This document shows, in pieces, positions 15,775 through 23,774 of a DNA stretch of 32,000 nt (the first letter of the stretch is position 1; each line of letters opens with the position of its first letter). The position numbers and the translations under genes are program-made. The notes beneath the pieces are model-generated. The model did not search any database and had not been told where the DNA came from. It worked only from the letters and a program-made list of their open reading frames with translations. Origin of the DNA: Akkermansia muciniphila ATCC BAA-835 (GTDB lineage Bacteria > Verrucomicrobiota > Verrucomicrobiia > Verrucomicrobiales > Akkermansiaceae); the NCBI RefSeq assembly GCF_000020225.1, contig NC_010655.1, positions 1,620,001 through 1,652,000 of the forward strand. The letters are read 5' to 3'.

Positions 15775-15878
15775 GTAAGCCTCTCGTCCGACATGCGGCC
15801 CATGTCGAAAACAACGAAGGCCACCTGCGCCAACAGGTGACCTTTAATAACGGGCGTGAGCCCAACTAACGTAAGTAA

Positions 15879-16721
15879 ATGATTAATAATATCATCAACC
15901 ACAAAACGCAAGGCGAAAATGCCTTGATGCCGCAGAACGGTGTTGTACCGTTCCAGAACGAAACCCTGAACTGCACGGTCCGCGCCGTGGTGAAGGACGG
16001 GGAACCCTGGTTTGTCGCAAAGGATGTTTGCGATGCGCTGGAAATTGGTAATGTATCCCAAGCCGTCAGCTACTTGGATGAAGATGAAAAGAGCAACATC
16101 ATTACTAATGATATTGCTCAAAACGGAGGTCGCGCACCTCTCATCATCAATGAATCCGGACTTTACTCTCTAATTCTCCGCTCCCGCAAGCCGGAGGCGA
16201 AGAAGTTCAAGAAGTGGGTGACCGCTGAGGTCCTTCCCTCCATCCGGAAGCATGGTGTGTACGCCACCGGAGAGAAGCTGGAAGAAATGCTTGCCGACCC
16301 GGATACCATGATTCTGACGCTTCAGGCATTGAAAGCTGAACGGGAGAAGAGAAAAGCTCTTGAAGCAAAAGCTGCGGAAGATGCTCCCTATGCATATTTC
16401 GGACGATGCGTGGAAGTTTCCGAGGGCTGCATCCTGATTGGAGAATTTGCCAAGATTCTCGCTCAGAATGGAATGGAGACAGGACAAAACCGTTTGTTTG
16501 AGTATCTACGCAATGAAGGCATTATGGGGAGGCACGGCAATCGTCACAATGTTCCAGCCCAAGAGTATATTGAAGCTGGGTATTTCCGTCTCACTTACCG
16601 GGTTATTCAGCGTTCCGACGGTTCACAGCAGTCCAAACCGACACCGTATTTGACACCCCGCGGTCAAATATGGTTGATGAAGCGTTTGGGATTAACCATT
16701 GAGAATATACCTGCTGCCTAA
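15879..16721 (+). CDS. Phage antirepressor, Bro-N domain plus KilAC/ANT C-terminal domain
   Basis: Bro-N-like VPFQNETLNCTVRAVVKDGEPWFVAKDVCDALEI...INESGLYSLILRSRKPEAKKFKKWVTAEVLPSIRKHG. C-terminal YFGRCVEVSEGCILIGEFAKILAQNGMETGQNRLFEYLRNEGIM is KilAC-like. The start could be 15927 (MPQNGVV). Confidence 0.75.
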   Translation: MINNIINHKTQGENALMPQNGVVPFQNETLNCTVRAVVKDGEPWFVAKDVCDALEIGNVSQAVSYLDEDEKSNIITNDIAQNGGRAPLIINESGLYSLILRSRKPEAKKFKKWVTAEVLPSIRKHGVYATGEKLEEMLADPDTMILTLQALKAEREKRKALEAKAAEDAPYAYFGRCVEVSEGCILIGEFAKILAQNGMETGQNRLFEYLRNEGIMGRHGNRHNVPAQEYIEAGYFRLTYRVIQRSDGSQQSKPTPYLTPRGQIWLMKRLGLTIENIPAA

Positions 16722-16772
16722 GATTTTACATCTGGTGCGTGTATTCGAATTTGGCTCAACCAGCAAAAATTT

Positions 16773-16796
16773 CCCCGTTTCCTTTTGGAAACGGGG
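16773..16796. terminator. Strong hairpin terminator between convergent genes
   Basis: CCCCGTTTCC-tttt-GGAAACGGGG, a perfect 10-bp stem. The minus-strand reading is followed by AAATTTTTG. Confidence 0.7.
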
Positions 16797-16880
16797 ACTT
16801 GACCTGAGTTCTGCTGCCTCAATCTAAATCCAAGTTATGAAGACAACAACCCTACATCACCACAGAATCCTCAATGAGGA

Positions 16881-17228
16881 TTATTCTCCCGCGTCTTCCA
16901 GCGCAGCACTACGGATGAACTCCTCAATAGTTTGCCCGCTGATTTGTGCGGCCTTGGAAATGAGTTTTAAATCATCTTCCGAAAGAGGAACCGCTACCGC
17001 TGCAACACCATTCAATATAGGGACAGAGGATGCTGTCTTGGCCGCTTCTTCTCCTTGCCTATTTATTTCTTTCCGGATTAGCTCAAGCTTGGCCGGAGGA
17101 ATTATGCCTTTAGATCGAAACCAATCATCCACGGACGCCTTTTTAACAAAGCATTTCTGAGCCAACCATTCACGGCTTTTTTTATTTTTCTTTAGCCAAG
17201 ATTTGATGAGTTCCTTTTCATTCTCCAT
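16881..17228 (-). CDS. Small regulator: HTH paralogous to the 252-aa protein N-terminus plus a C-terminal DUF1778/TacA-like RHH segment
   Basis: Start trimmed to MENEKELIKSWLKKNKKSREWLAQKCFVKKASVDDWF. This aligns ungapped with AWLRDRGLSMKWLASWLGKSEGTVKNWF of ORF 14688..15446 (W-L, S, W-L-A, V, W-F conserved). C-terminal LSEDDLKLISKAAQISGQTIEEFIRSAALEDA resembles the DUF1778 antitoxin motif. Alternative start at 17255. Confidence 0.55.
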   Translation of the reverse strand: MENEKELIKSWLKKNKKSREWLAQKCFVKKASVDDWFRSKGIIPPAKLELIRKEINRQGEEAAKTASSVPILNGVAAVAVPLSEDDLKLISKAAQISGQTIEEFIRSAALEDAGE

Positions 17229-17238
17229 GAGGAGAGTA

Positions 17239-17324
17239 TGAGGAAAAATCCTCATTATGCAAGTAAAATATTTGATGTCTTTCCGCAAAAATAGATTGAC
17301 TAGTGATGAAAAATCCTCAATATG
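17239..17324. promoter_or_regulatory. Second divergent control region with TGAGGA/TCCTCA palindrome and a 17-bp direct repeat
   Basis: TGAGGA-AAAA-TCCTCA at 17239-17254. GAAAAATCCTCAtTATG at 17243-17259 is repeated as GAAAAATCCTCAaTATG at 17308-17324. A related perfect palindrome AATCCTCA-A-TGAGGATT lies at 16866-16882. Confidence 0.55.
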
Positions 17325-17515
17325 GAAATATGAACGCGACAGAAAAACACGAAGAACGGATTTCCCTTCCCGCATCGGTCCTCCTCTTAGAGGAGGGAAT
17401 CGCCCGGGGATTGGGAATAACGATAGGAGAACGCATGAGAGCCTTGGCAATAGCGAAAGCTCAAAGAGTGCTCACCTCGAAGAAGAACGTTGAACCCAAA
17501 AAGCCCGCAGCCTAA
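17306..17515 (+). CDS. Small possible ribbon-helix-helix protein
   Basis: ERISLPASVLLLEEGIARGLGITIGERMRALAIAKA has a strand-helix-helix pattern. The start is ambiguous (GTG 17303, ATG 17306 or ATG 17330). Confidence 0.4.
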   Translation: MKNPQYGNMNATEKHEERISLPASVLLLEEGIARGLGITIGERMRALAIAKAQRVLTSKKNVEPKKPAA

Positions 17516-17582
17516 TGGAAGAAGCCCTGATTGACGAATTTATCCGGCTCGGCTGGCACGAACTTTAATCTGCACTGTGACA

Positions 17583-18020
17583 ATGAATTCACATGAAATG
17601 TTCCACCGGACAATCAGTCACGGCCCATATGCCGGGATGGTGGAAACAATTACAAATAAAAATTGTAAATTCGCGGTCCGGTGCTGTTGGTGCAGTTACC
17701 CCTCCGAAAGGGGTAACACTTACTACTCCGTTGTTACGGACAGTCATGGAGCATTGCATAGCCTTGATTTCCTGTGCGCTTCCTGTGCCCGTGAACACAT
17801 CAATGGTATTCCGGACAGGGCAGGGAAGAGCCCCTATCAGTCCCTTGATCCCCGGAAGGAACTTCGCCTCCTGCAAGCCCGCAAGAATAGAGACAGGGCA
17901 CGCCGGCACCAGGCCGTGACGCATCTGCTCTTTTGGCTGGTAATCGCTTTTGCCTGTGTGGCTGTGGCGGCCTTCATCGTCTGCGCCTCTTACACAATAA
18001 CAAAAATCGTCTTAGGATAA
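17583..18020 (+). CDS. Cys-rich protein with a C-terminal TM anchor, hypothetical
   Basis: CKFAVRCCWCSYP...FLCASCAREH (zinc-ribbon-like Cys pairs). Basic segment, then hydrophobic LLFWLVIAFACVAVAAFIVCASYTI. The stop overlaps the next start (TAATG). Confidence 0.5.
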   Translation: MNSHEMFHRTISHGPYAGMVETITNKNCKFAVRCCWCSYPSERGNTYYSVVTDSHGALHSLDFLCASCAREHINGIPDRAGKSPYQSLDPRKELRLLQARKNRDRARRHQAVTHLLFWLVIAFACVAVAAFIVCASYTITKIVLG

Positions 18021-18373
18021 TGGACGCCAATGATCAACGTTTGATAGAAGGGTTGTTTGCCCGCATTGACCGCCTGGTTGCGATCATGGAAGGGAAATAC
18101 TGCCCTGAAACAAGCGGTGAAACCTGGCTGCGTGCGGAAGAGCTTCTCAAACTGCCCCAGTTCCGGCATCGCAAGGGCCGCGTATGGCTCTATGAACTGG
18201 CGAAGACGTCACCGGATATCATGAAAAAGGACTGTCTGCCGCATCAAAAGCGGGGCGCCACCCTCTGGTGCGTGGAACGTATTTCCAAGGCCATGAAAGA
18301 GAATACCGCAAAAATCCTTTCTTTTGACGGTTTATCAAAACCGTCCCGCCCTCACGGCATGAGGAAACAATAA
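18020..18373 (+). CDS. Hypothetical early phage protein
   Basis: ORF trimmed to MDANDQRLIEGL, whose ATG overlaps the upstream stop. No motif recognised. Confidence 0.45.
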   Translation: MDANDQRLIEGLFARIDRLVAIMEGKYCPETSGETWLRAEELLKLPQFRHRKGRVWLYELAKTSPDIMKKDCLPHQKRGATLWCVERISKAMKENTAKILSFDGLSKPSRPHGMRKQ

Positions 18374-18395
18374 CCATTAGAAAATACATAATACA

Positions 18396-18656
18396 ATGAT
18401 TACAAGCAATATTGATACTGCATCTAAACCTGTTCAGGCAAAGCCTTTTGATACAGGCGACAGGGTAATGTTAAATTCCCAGTTAATTATCACCATGCCT
18501 AACCGTGGAAGGACTTATCGTTTTTCTCCGGAAGATGAATTTGTCGTGGTGCGGCGCAAGGACGAGAGCAATTTCTACGTCGCCTTTATCAAGGCTCCCT
18601 GGCTGGGCGTCTTTGAGTTGAATGACGAAGGCTTCTCCTTGTGCGACGAAGACTAA
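18396..18656 (+). CDS. Hypothetical early phage protein
   Basis: 86-aa ORF on the same strand with protein-like composition. Confidence 0.4.
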   Translation: MITSNIDTASKPVQAKPFDTGDRVMLNSQLIITMPNRGRTYRFSPEDEFVVVRRKDESNFYVAFIKAPWLGVFELNDEGFSLCDED

Positions 18657-18736
18657 CGATTTCTTCACGCCTCTGTCCGGGGCGCGTCGATTGAACCTGA
18701 TTAAATAATAATAGTTAATTGATAATAAATAAGATT

Positions 18737-19426
18737 ATGATCGCTATGAATACGACTACAGCACTACTGGTAAACGCAGAACCCCTCTCCCGCGGCAACG
18801 GGAAAGGGGCGGATGTTGTGAATAATGGCAAGACGGCTAATCCTATCATTGCTCACAAGCCAGTAAGTACGACAGACGGGAAGCCCTGTCAACCGGCAAA
18901 GGCTGCCAGAACGGCCAAGAAGCCTGCCGCCCCCAGGAAGAAGCGGTACGATGAAGAGGATTTGATAGCCTTCGGAGAGAATGCTTTCATGCTCCGGGGC
19001 GCTGCAGAAGCCATTTTGGACATGTTCCATGCCTTGTTCTATGCCGATGACAACCAGGAAGAGGTTGTCAATGGCGTGAAGGGAGCCTTCGATGAGGCCG
19101 CCATTCTTCTGCAAAATGCAGCGAATGCGTTTGAAGAGAAGATTCCTTTCAAGGTTTTGGACAAGAGGCGGAAGACTTTTTTTGCCCTGACGGAAATAGA
19201 TGAAAAAGACAGCGATGTTCTTGCCGCGATTACTGCTATCAATTCCGGTTTTATCCAGTGGGATGAAGGAAGTGTTTACGTGAAGGCGACACGTTGCGAA
19301 ATGGCAACTCTTCTGCTTAACCGCGCATTGGAAAGCGCCAAGAAGTCCTTCTACCTTGCCGAAGACTCAACATCAAACCCCGCCCTTGCCGCAACGCTTG
19401 CTTCCATGAAAGGAGGGCACAGGTGA
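18737..19426 (+). CDS. Hypothetical early phage protein with a basic Pro/Ala/Lys-rich N-terminal linker
   Basis: ATG at 18737 preferred over TTG at 18719. KPCQPAKAARTAKKPAAPRKKRYDEED followed by a helical domain. The stop overlaps the next start. Confidence 0.5.
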   Translation: MIAMNTTTALLVNAEPLSRGNGKGADVVNNGKTANPIIAHKPVSTTDGKPCQPAKAARTAKKPAAPRKKRYDEEDLIAFGENAFMLRGAAEAILDMFHALFYADDNQEEVVNGVKGAFDEAAILLQNAANAFEEKIPFKVLDKRRKTFFALTEIDEKDSDVLAAITAINSGFIQWDEGSVYVKATRCEMATLLLNRALESAKKSFYLAEDSTSNPALAATLASMKGGHR

Positions 19427-19662
19427 TGAAGGTTGTTACCCTGAAGATTCCCATCTCACAATCTATTTATGATACCGCCAAATTTGCGGTGGAAGAAGGG
19501 GTGGCGAGAAGCGAAGAAGAGTTCCTGGCCCGCATTGCGCTCAAAGGAATTTTCTCTGATCTTTTTGAAGACGTGCAACCGCACTTGGACGACTATTTGG
19601 ACGAGATGGTTAACAACGTCTATCCCGAGGAACTTGCCGGGGAAGAAAGGAGGACTGTATGA
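19423..19662 (+). CDS. Small hypothetical protein, possibly RHH-like
   Basis: VVTLKIPISQSIYDTAKFAVEEGVARSEEEFLARIALKG has a strand-helix-helix pattern. Translationally coupled on both sides. Confidence 0.4.
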   Translation: MMKVVTLKIPISQSIYDTAKFAVEEGVARSEEEFLARIALKGIFSDLFEDVQPHLDDYLDEMVNNVYPEELAGEERRTV

Positions 19663-19901
19663 CTTCTGAAGAGGGAACAGACGTTCTTCTGAAGGTTTAC
19701 GAAAGTCTTTTCTTACAAGAAAGCAATCTGGTTAAGCTTCTGGAAAATCATTCGGGAGGCCTTATTGAACGAGACCGGATAATGTCCATCATGCGGAGAC
19801 TGAAACGTTTACGTGCTGATACTTACGGTTTGGTTACGCAAAGGTGGCTTAATGCAAAACTTCATGGAAAGGAGGGGGGCGATGAAGCACCTTTATATTG
19901 A
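19659..19901 (+). CDS. Hypothetical early phage protein
   Basis: 80-aa ORF with an ATGA overlap with the upstream gene. Confidence 0.4.
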   Translation: MTSEEGTDVLLKVYESLFLQESNLVKLLENHSGGLIERDRIMSIMRRLKRLRADTYGLVTQRWLNAKLHGKEGGDEAPLY

Positions 19902-20196
19902 CCAATCAGGCCGCGGCGTCCGTGCTGGAGTTGAAAATGAGGCAGTTTGCTTTCCTATGGAAACACCAGAACAGGAAGAACGCCGCTGCATTCAGGAGCT
20001 TTGCCGCATTAAGGGGGAATTGGGGCGTACAGGCCGCTACGGCGTGTATTTTGACCTTACAGGCCCGGAAATAGAGTTTTGGGTAGAAGAGTTCGGCAAG
20101 CCGGGCTTTCTGATCTGCATCAAACACCAGGACGCCGGCACGGTGCTGGATTACGTCCGCAAGAGGTGTGATGAACTACGTTTGATTGAACCATAG
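19882..20196 (+). CDS. Hypothetical early phage protein
   Basis: Start trimmed to MKHLYIDQSG, preceded by the strong SD-like GGAGGGGGG. Overlaps the upstream ORF by 20 nt. Confidence 0.5.
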   Translation: MKHLYIDQSGRGVRAGVENEAVCFPMETPEQEERRCIQELCRIKGELGRTGRYGVYFDLTGPEIEFWVEEFGKPGFLICIKHQDAGTVLDYVRKRCDELRLIEP

Positions 20197-20199
20197 AAC

Positions 20200-21009
20200 A
20201 TGCCTAATAGAATCATCAGGGAAGGGTTTCTGACATCCGACAAGGTCGATAAGCTGAGTTGGGTGGAAGAGTGCTTCTATCATCGTCTTTTACTTGCTGT
20301 AGATGACTATGGACGGTATCACGCCGACCCTCCTCTACTGATCGGAAAGATAATGCCTCGCAAAATAGGCAATGTCAGTAACCAGGACATAGAAAAGTGG
20401 CTCACCGCTTGTGTGACCGCGGGTCTTGTAAGGGTGTACGGTGTCGAAGGGAAGCGTTATCTGGAGGTCTTGCAGTTCGACCAAAGGACCAGGGCGAAGA
20501 AGAGTAAGTTTCCTGCCCCTGATGAAGAAAAAACTGACGCTTGTCAGTCAAATGACGGACATGTGTCAGACATATGTCAGTCACGTGACCGTCATCCGCT
20601 CGCCTATACGGAGACGGAGTCGAATACGAATACGTATACGAAATCGGAAACGGAGACGGAGACGGAGACGGAGACGAAGGAAGCTGCGCCTGACGGCTCG
20701 CTTGCGGCTCCTTCTCGTTCTTCACTTCCTCTTCCTTCCTCACCGGAAGAGGTGGAAGCCTACCTGAAAAACGAGGTAGCCAGATGCCGCTTGAAGCTGC
20801 TCCCCAGGGACGTTTCGGAATGCGCCCTGCAATACTGGGCGGACCGGGGCGGCTCCGGCTGGGTGGACAAGTTCTCCTGCCCCATTGCCGATTGGAAAGC
20901 CAATGCCCTGGGCTACGCCCTGCGCTGGGCAAGAAATCTTGATGCCAAAGGGCAACTACCCGGAGAGGAAAGCGACCCCTTCGATCCAAAATTTAGAAAA
21001 AATATTTAA
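20200..21009 (+). CDS. Phage replication initiator / replisome organiser (DUF4373-like N-terminal domain)
   Basis: The N-terminal pattern EGFLTSDKVDKLSWVEECFYHRLLLAVDDYGRYHADPPLL is typical of phage replication organisers. It has a central low-complexity T-x repeat linker. Lies immediately upstream of dnaB. Confidence 0.6.
   Translation: MPNRIIREGFLTSDKVDKLSWVEECFYHRLLLAVDDYGRYHADPPLLIGKIMPRKIGNVSNQDIEKWLTACVTAGLVRVYGVEGKRYLEVLQFDQRTRAKKSKFPAPDEEKTDACQSNDGHVSDICQSRDRHPLAYTETESNTNTYTKSETETETETETKEAAPDGSLAAPSRSSLPLPSSPEEVEAYLKNEVARCRLKLLPRDVSECALQYWADRGGSGWVDKFSCPIADWKANALGYALRWARNLDAKGQLPGEESDPFDPKFRKNI
20534..20583. repeat. Iteron-like cluster inside the replication gene (candidate ori)
   Basis: CTGAC-GCTT-GTCAG inverted repeat at 20534-20547. 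TGTCAG(T/A)CA occurs three times (20542-20550, 20564-20572, 20575-20583). Confidence 0.5.
20608..20679. repeat. Period-6 tandem tract (ACG/TCG-NNN)x12, including ACGGAG x4
   Basis: ACGGAGACGGAGTCGAATACGAATACGTATACGAAATCGGAAACGGAGACGGAGACGGAGACGGAGACGAAG encodes TETESNTNTYTKSETETETETETK. The perfect ACGGAG x4 spans 20650-20673. Confidence 0.8.
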
Positions 21010-21030
21010 CCCTCAAAAAGAGAAACCATC

Positions 21031-22344
21031 ATGCATTTTACAGAAACACAACTCAACGCCGAAAAGACCGTTCTTGGCAACTGCATTGACGGCGCCGACA
21101 AGGTAGCCGCCCTGATCGAGCAAGGTTTCACGAAGGCTCATTTTGTCCTTCTGGCCCATCAGAAGGTCTGGAGCGCCTTTGAGACTCTGGCCAAGACTCC
21201 AGAAAAGGTCAATATCACCGACCTGATCCAGCACCTGGAAGCCGCCGGCGAGCTTGAATCCGTAGGAGGTCACGCCGGGCTTGTCGAGCTTTCAACCAGC
21301 TTTGCCTACCATTTCCAGTTCGAGCCCTCCGTGAAGATTCTGGTGGAAGCCAAGAAGAAGCGGGATGTGGAATCCCTGTTCATTTCCGGGCTGGAAAATC
21401 TTCAAAACCCAACCCTGAGCAAAGACGAAGTGCTGGCGGAAGCCGAAAAGGTGATGTCCTCCTTACGGGAAAGTTACGGAGTGGCCCAAGTGGCGCGTAT
21501 GGCTGATGGCACACAGAAGGTGGTGGAAGGGTTGGAGTTTCGCATCAAGAATCCAGGACAGACCAAGGGGCTTCCTACCGGCTACCCCTCCCTGGACAGG
21601 ATGCTGGACGGCTTACAGAACACGGCTATGGTGGTCATCGGAGCCCGGCCGGCCGTGGGGAAGACTTCCTTCATGACCAACATTCTGTACAATCTGGCCG
21701 CCGAAGGGGTGCCAGTAGGCATGTTCTCCCTGGAAATGTCCAAGGAGCAGTTGCTTGAACGCACGCTTTTTGGCATGTCCAAAATCAATGCGGCCAATCT
21801 GCGCCGAGGCATCAAGCTGACCAAGTGGCAGCAGGATGCTTTCACCAACGCGGTTCGCAAGGTAAGGAGCCTGCCTTTCTTCGTGGACGACCGGGGCGCC
21901 TTGAGGATTGACCAGATCCAGGCGACCGCCCGGCGCATGGTGGCGGACCACGGCGTGAGGTGCATCGGCGTGGATTACCTGCAGCTTGCCAATCCTACCG
22001 GACGCCAGGCGTCCCGGGAACGGGAGGTGTCGGAGATTTCCGCCGGCCTCAAAGCCCTGGCCAAGGAACTGAATATTCCGGTGATCGTGTTGGCCCAGTT
22101 GAACCGGGAAGCGGAGAAACGCGCCGGGAAGGAAGCCGGGGTTCCCCGTGTGTCCGATTTGAGGGATTCAGGGTCTATCGAACAGGACGCTGATCAGATA
22201 TTGTTGCTCTACAGGCCTTACGTCATGGACAAAAACGCAGATCCGGCAGAGGCGAAAATCATCGTCGGCAAGAACCGCTTCGGGGAGATTGGTTACATTG
22301 ACCTGAAATGGGACGCTGCCGCCACGACTTACAGGGAGGTTTAA
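21031..22344 (+). CDS. dnaB: Replicative DNA helicase DnaB
   Basis: 437 aa. GLPTGYPSLDRMLDGL, Walker A GARPAVGKTSF, Walker B CIGVDYLQL, VIVLAQLNRE and SGSIEQDADQILLLYR. Confidence 0.9.
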   Translation: MHFTETQLNAEKTVLGNCIDGADKVAALIEQGFTKAHFVLLAHQKVWSAFETLAKTPEKVNITDLIQHLEAAGELESVGGHAGLVELSTSFAYHFQFEPSVKILVEAKKKRDVESLFISGLENLQNPTLSKDEVLAEAEKVMSSLRESYGVAQVARMADGTQKVVEGLEFRIKNPGQTKGLPTGYPSLDRMLDGLQNTAMVVIGARPAVGKTSFMTNILYNLAAEGVPVGMFSLEMSKEQLLERTLFGMSKINAANLRRGIKLTKWQQDAFTNAVRKVRSLPFFVDDRGALRIDQIQATARRMVADHGVRCIGVDYLQLANPTGRQASREREVSEISAGLKALAKELNIPVIVLAQLNREAEKRAGKEAGVPRVSDLRDSGSIEQDADQILLLYRPYVMDKNADPAEAKIIVGKNRFGEIGYIDLKWDAAATTYREV

Positions 22345-22371
22345 AACATGATATCACTATTTAAGGTAGTG

Positions 22372-23622
22372 CTACAATTTGGGAAGCTTTTCAAGGGCTT
22401 GTGTAAACTCCTTGGCTCCAAAGTCGATGTATCCTTCATGGACTTCCCGGGAATCGTGCCCCACAATGGCTTGCACAAGAGCAGGGGGAACACCGGCGTC
22501 ATGTAACATGGTTGTTGCCGTATAGCGGAGGCTGTGGAAGGACAATTCATTGACGTGGCGCCGCGTCTCTGTGCCGTTTCCTTCCTGCTTTTTGTATTTT
22601 TTGCCTGCAGCCAGAGGGTCTTTGGCAATAAGGCCACACTGGTACAGGATGTGGCTAAAGATATTTGACAGGCGTCCGGATCCCTTGCTTTCAAAAATAT
22701 TCGCGCATTCAGGATGCAGGAAGTCCCCAGGAGCTTCTTTCTTCCGTTGCTGCAGGTGTTTTTTCAGCGCCGGAAAAATCGGAATCATCAGAGGCTTTCC
22801 CTTTTTCTGCGTGGTCATCCGGATAACGCCTCGTTTCTCGTCAACCTGGGACCACCGGAGCGTTGCCACGTCTCCCAATCTTTGACCGCCCGTATAGAGG
22901 CACGTTTTCACCATGGAGCGCCATTCCGGATTGCATGCGGCCATTACCTTTTCAAGCTCTTCCAATTCGAATTTCCGCCGTTTGACGGCTTTCCCCTTGT
23001 GAGGCTTGGTAATCGCCGTAAAGGGGTTGGTTTCAATAATTTTATAATCAACTGCCGCCTGGAACGCCGCGGAAACCAGCGTAAGAGCAATATTGGCGGT
23101 AGATGGTGAGACACGGGAAAGAAGATGGTTTTTGAAATCGTCCAGCATCAGAGGAGTAATGCGATCCAGAGGCAGGTTGATACGTTCTCCCATTGAGGCG
23201 CGAAATTTGTCAAAGGCTTGTTTGTAGTTCGCTATGGATGCGGGTTTAAGCCCATTGCGCGTAATGCGCCGCATGTGGTCATCAAGCCATAATTTGACAG
23301 AGGGCATTTCCATAGATTCTCCGGTCAATTCCGTGGACAATGCGGAAATGGCCCGGCGTAATTGATAGGCCGGCAGGTTTGCCCGCGCCGTTGATTCAAG
23401 GGCGTCCGCCAGGCGTTGTGCCTTGGTCATAGCCTGTTCCCTGGTCAGGACGTTCAGCTGCTTCCCCATGGACTCTGCGGCTTCTTTTACTTCCCTTGTT
23501 ACCGTGGCGGGGGTATGCTTGATTTTGGTTGACAGCCGGACCAGTTTCCAGCCTGTAGCGGTTCTCACGCGGTATTGTGCGTACCAGTAAGGGCTGTTCG
23601 GCTTTTTATAGATGGAGGCCAT
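22372..23622 (-). CDS. Tyrosine recombinase / phage integrase
   Basis: 416 aa. N-terminal SAM-like region and catalytic-domain motifs TGGQRLGDVATLRW, HSLRYTATTMLHDAGVP and IVGHDSREVHEGY. Lies directly downstream of the tRNA 3' end. Confidence 0.9.
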   Translation of the reverse strand: MASIYKKPNSPYWYAQYRVRTATGWKLVRLSTKIKHTPATVTREVKEAAESMGKQLNVLTREQAMTKAQRLADALESTARANLPAYQLRRAISALSTELTGESMEMPSVKLWLDDHMRRITRNGLKPASIANYKQAFDKFRASMGERINLPLDRITPLMLDDFKNHLLSRVSPSTANIALTLVSAAFQAAVDYKIIETNPFTAITKPHKGKAVKRRKFELEELEKVMAACNPEWRSMVKTCLYTGGQRLGDVATLRWSQVDEKRGVIRMTTQKKGKPLMIPIFPALKKHLQQRKKEAPGDFLHPECANIFESKGSGRLSNIFSHILYQCGLIAKDPLAAGKKYKKQEGNGTETRRHVNELSFHSLRYTATTMLHDAGVPPALVQAIVGHDSREVHEGYIDFGAKEFTQALEKLPKL

Positions 23623-23739
23623 GATTTAGTGGTATCAATAGTGTGCTCTTTTTGCAAGTTGTATCACCATGTTTCAAGATGTTTTTGTGTTTTCTGAAAT
23701 TTCGTAAGAGCTTTGTTTAGAGTGGAATAAAATCAAAAA

Positions 23740-23767
23740 GGCCGTCTCCGGAGAGACAGCCTTTTTC
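23740..23767 (-). terminator. Hairpin terminator just downstream of the tRNA (minus strand), in the att-proximal phage arm
   Basis: GGCCGTCTC-cgga-GAGACAGCC (one mismatch/wobble), flanked by A5 and T5 runs. Confidence 0.6.
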
Positions 23768-23774
23768 TTGAAAC

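Larger units (their letters stand above)
1..23774. mobile_element. Integrated temperate tailed phage (prophage), partial: right end at tRNA-Arg, left end outside the window
   Basis: Contiguous tail, terminase, lysis, immunity, replication and integrase genes. The integrase sits directly downstream of a tRNA 3' end. The sequence switches abruptly to GC-rich housekeeping genes after 23.85 kb. Confidence 0.85.

Noticed and set aside
15636-17160. ORFs 15636..15869 (+), 15677..15865 (-), 15708..16121 (-), 16170..16487 (-) and 16837..17160 (+)
   Set aside because: They are alternative-frame or antisense reads of the excisionase-like, antirepressor and 115-aa regulator genes. None has motifs.
20402-20989. 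195-aa minus-strand ORF and the +2-frame ORF 20441..20767 within the replication gene
   Set aside because: Both are driven by the period-6 repeat (giving poly-R/S/P runs). The +1 frame has the conserved replication-organiser N-terminus and couples to dnaB.
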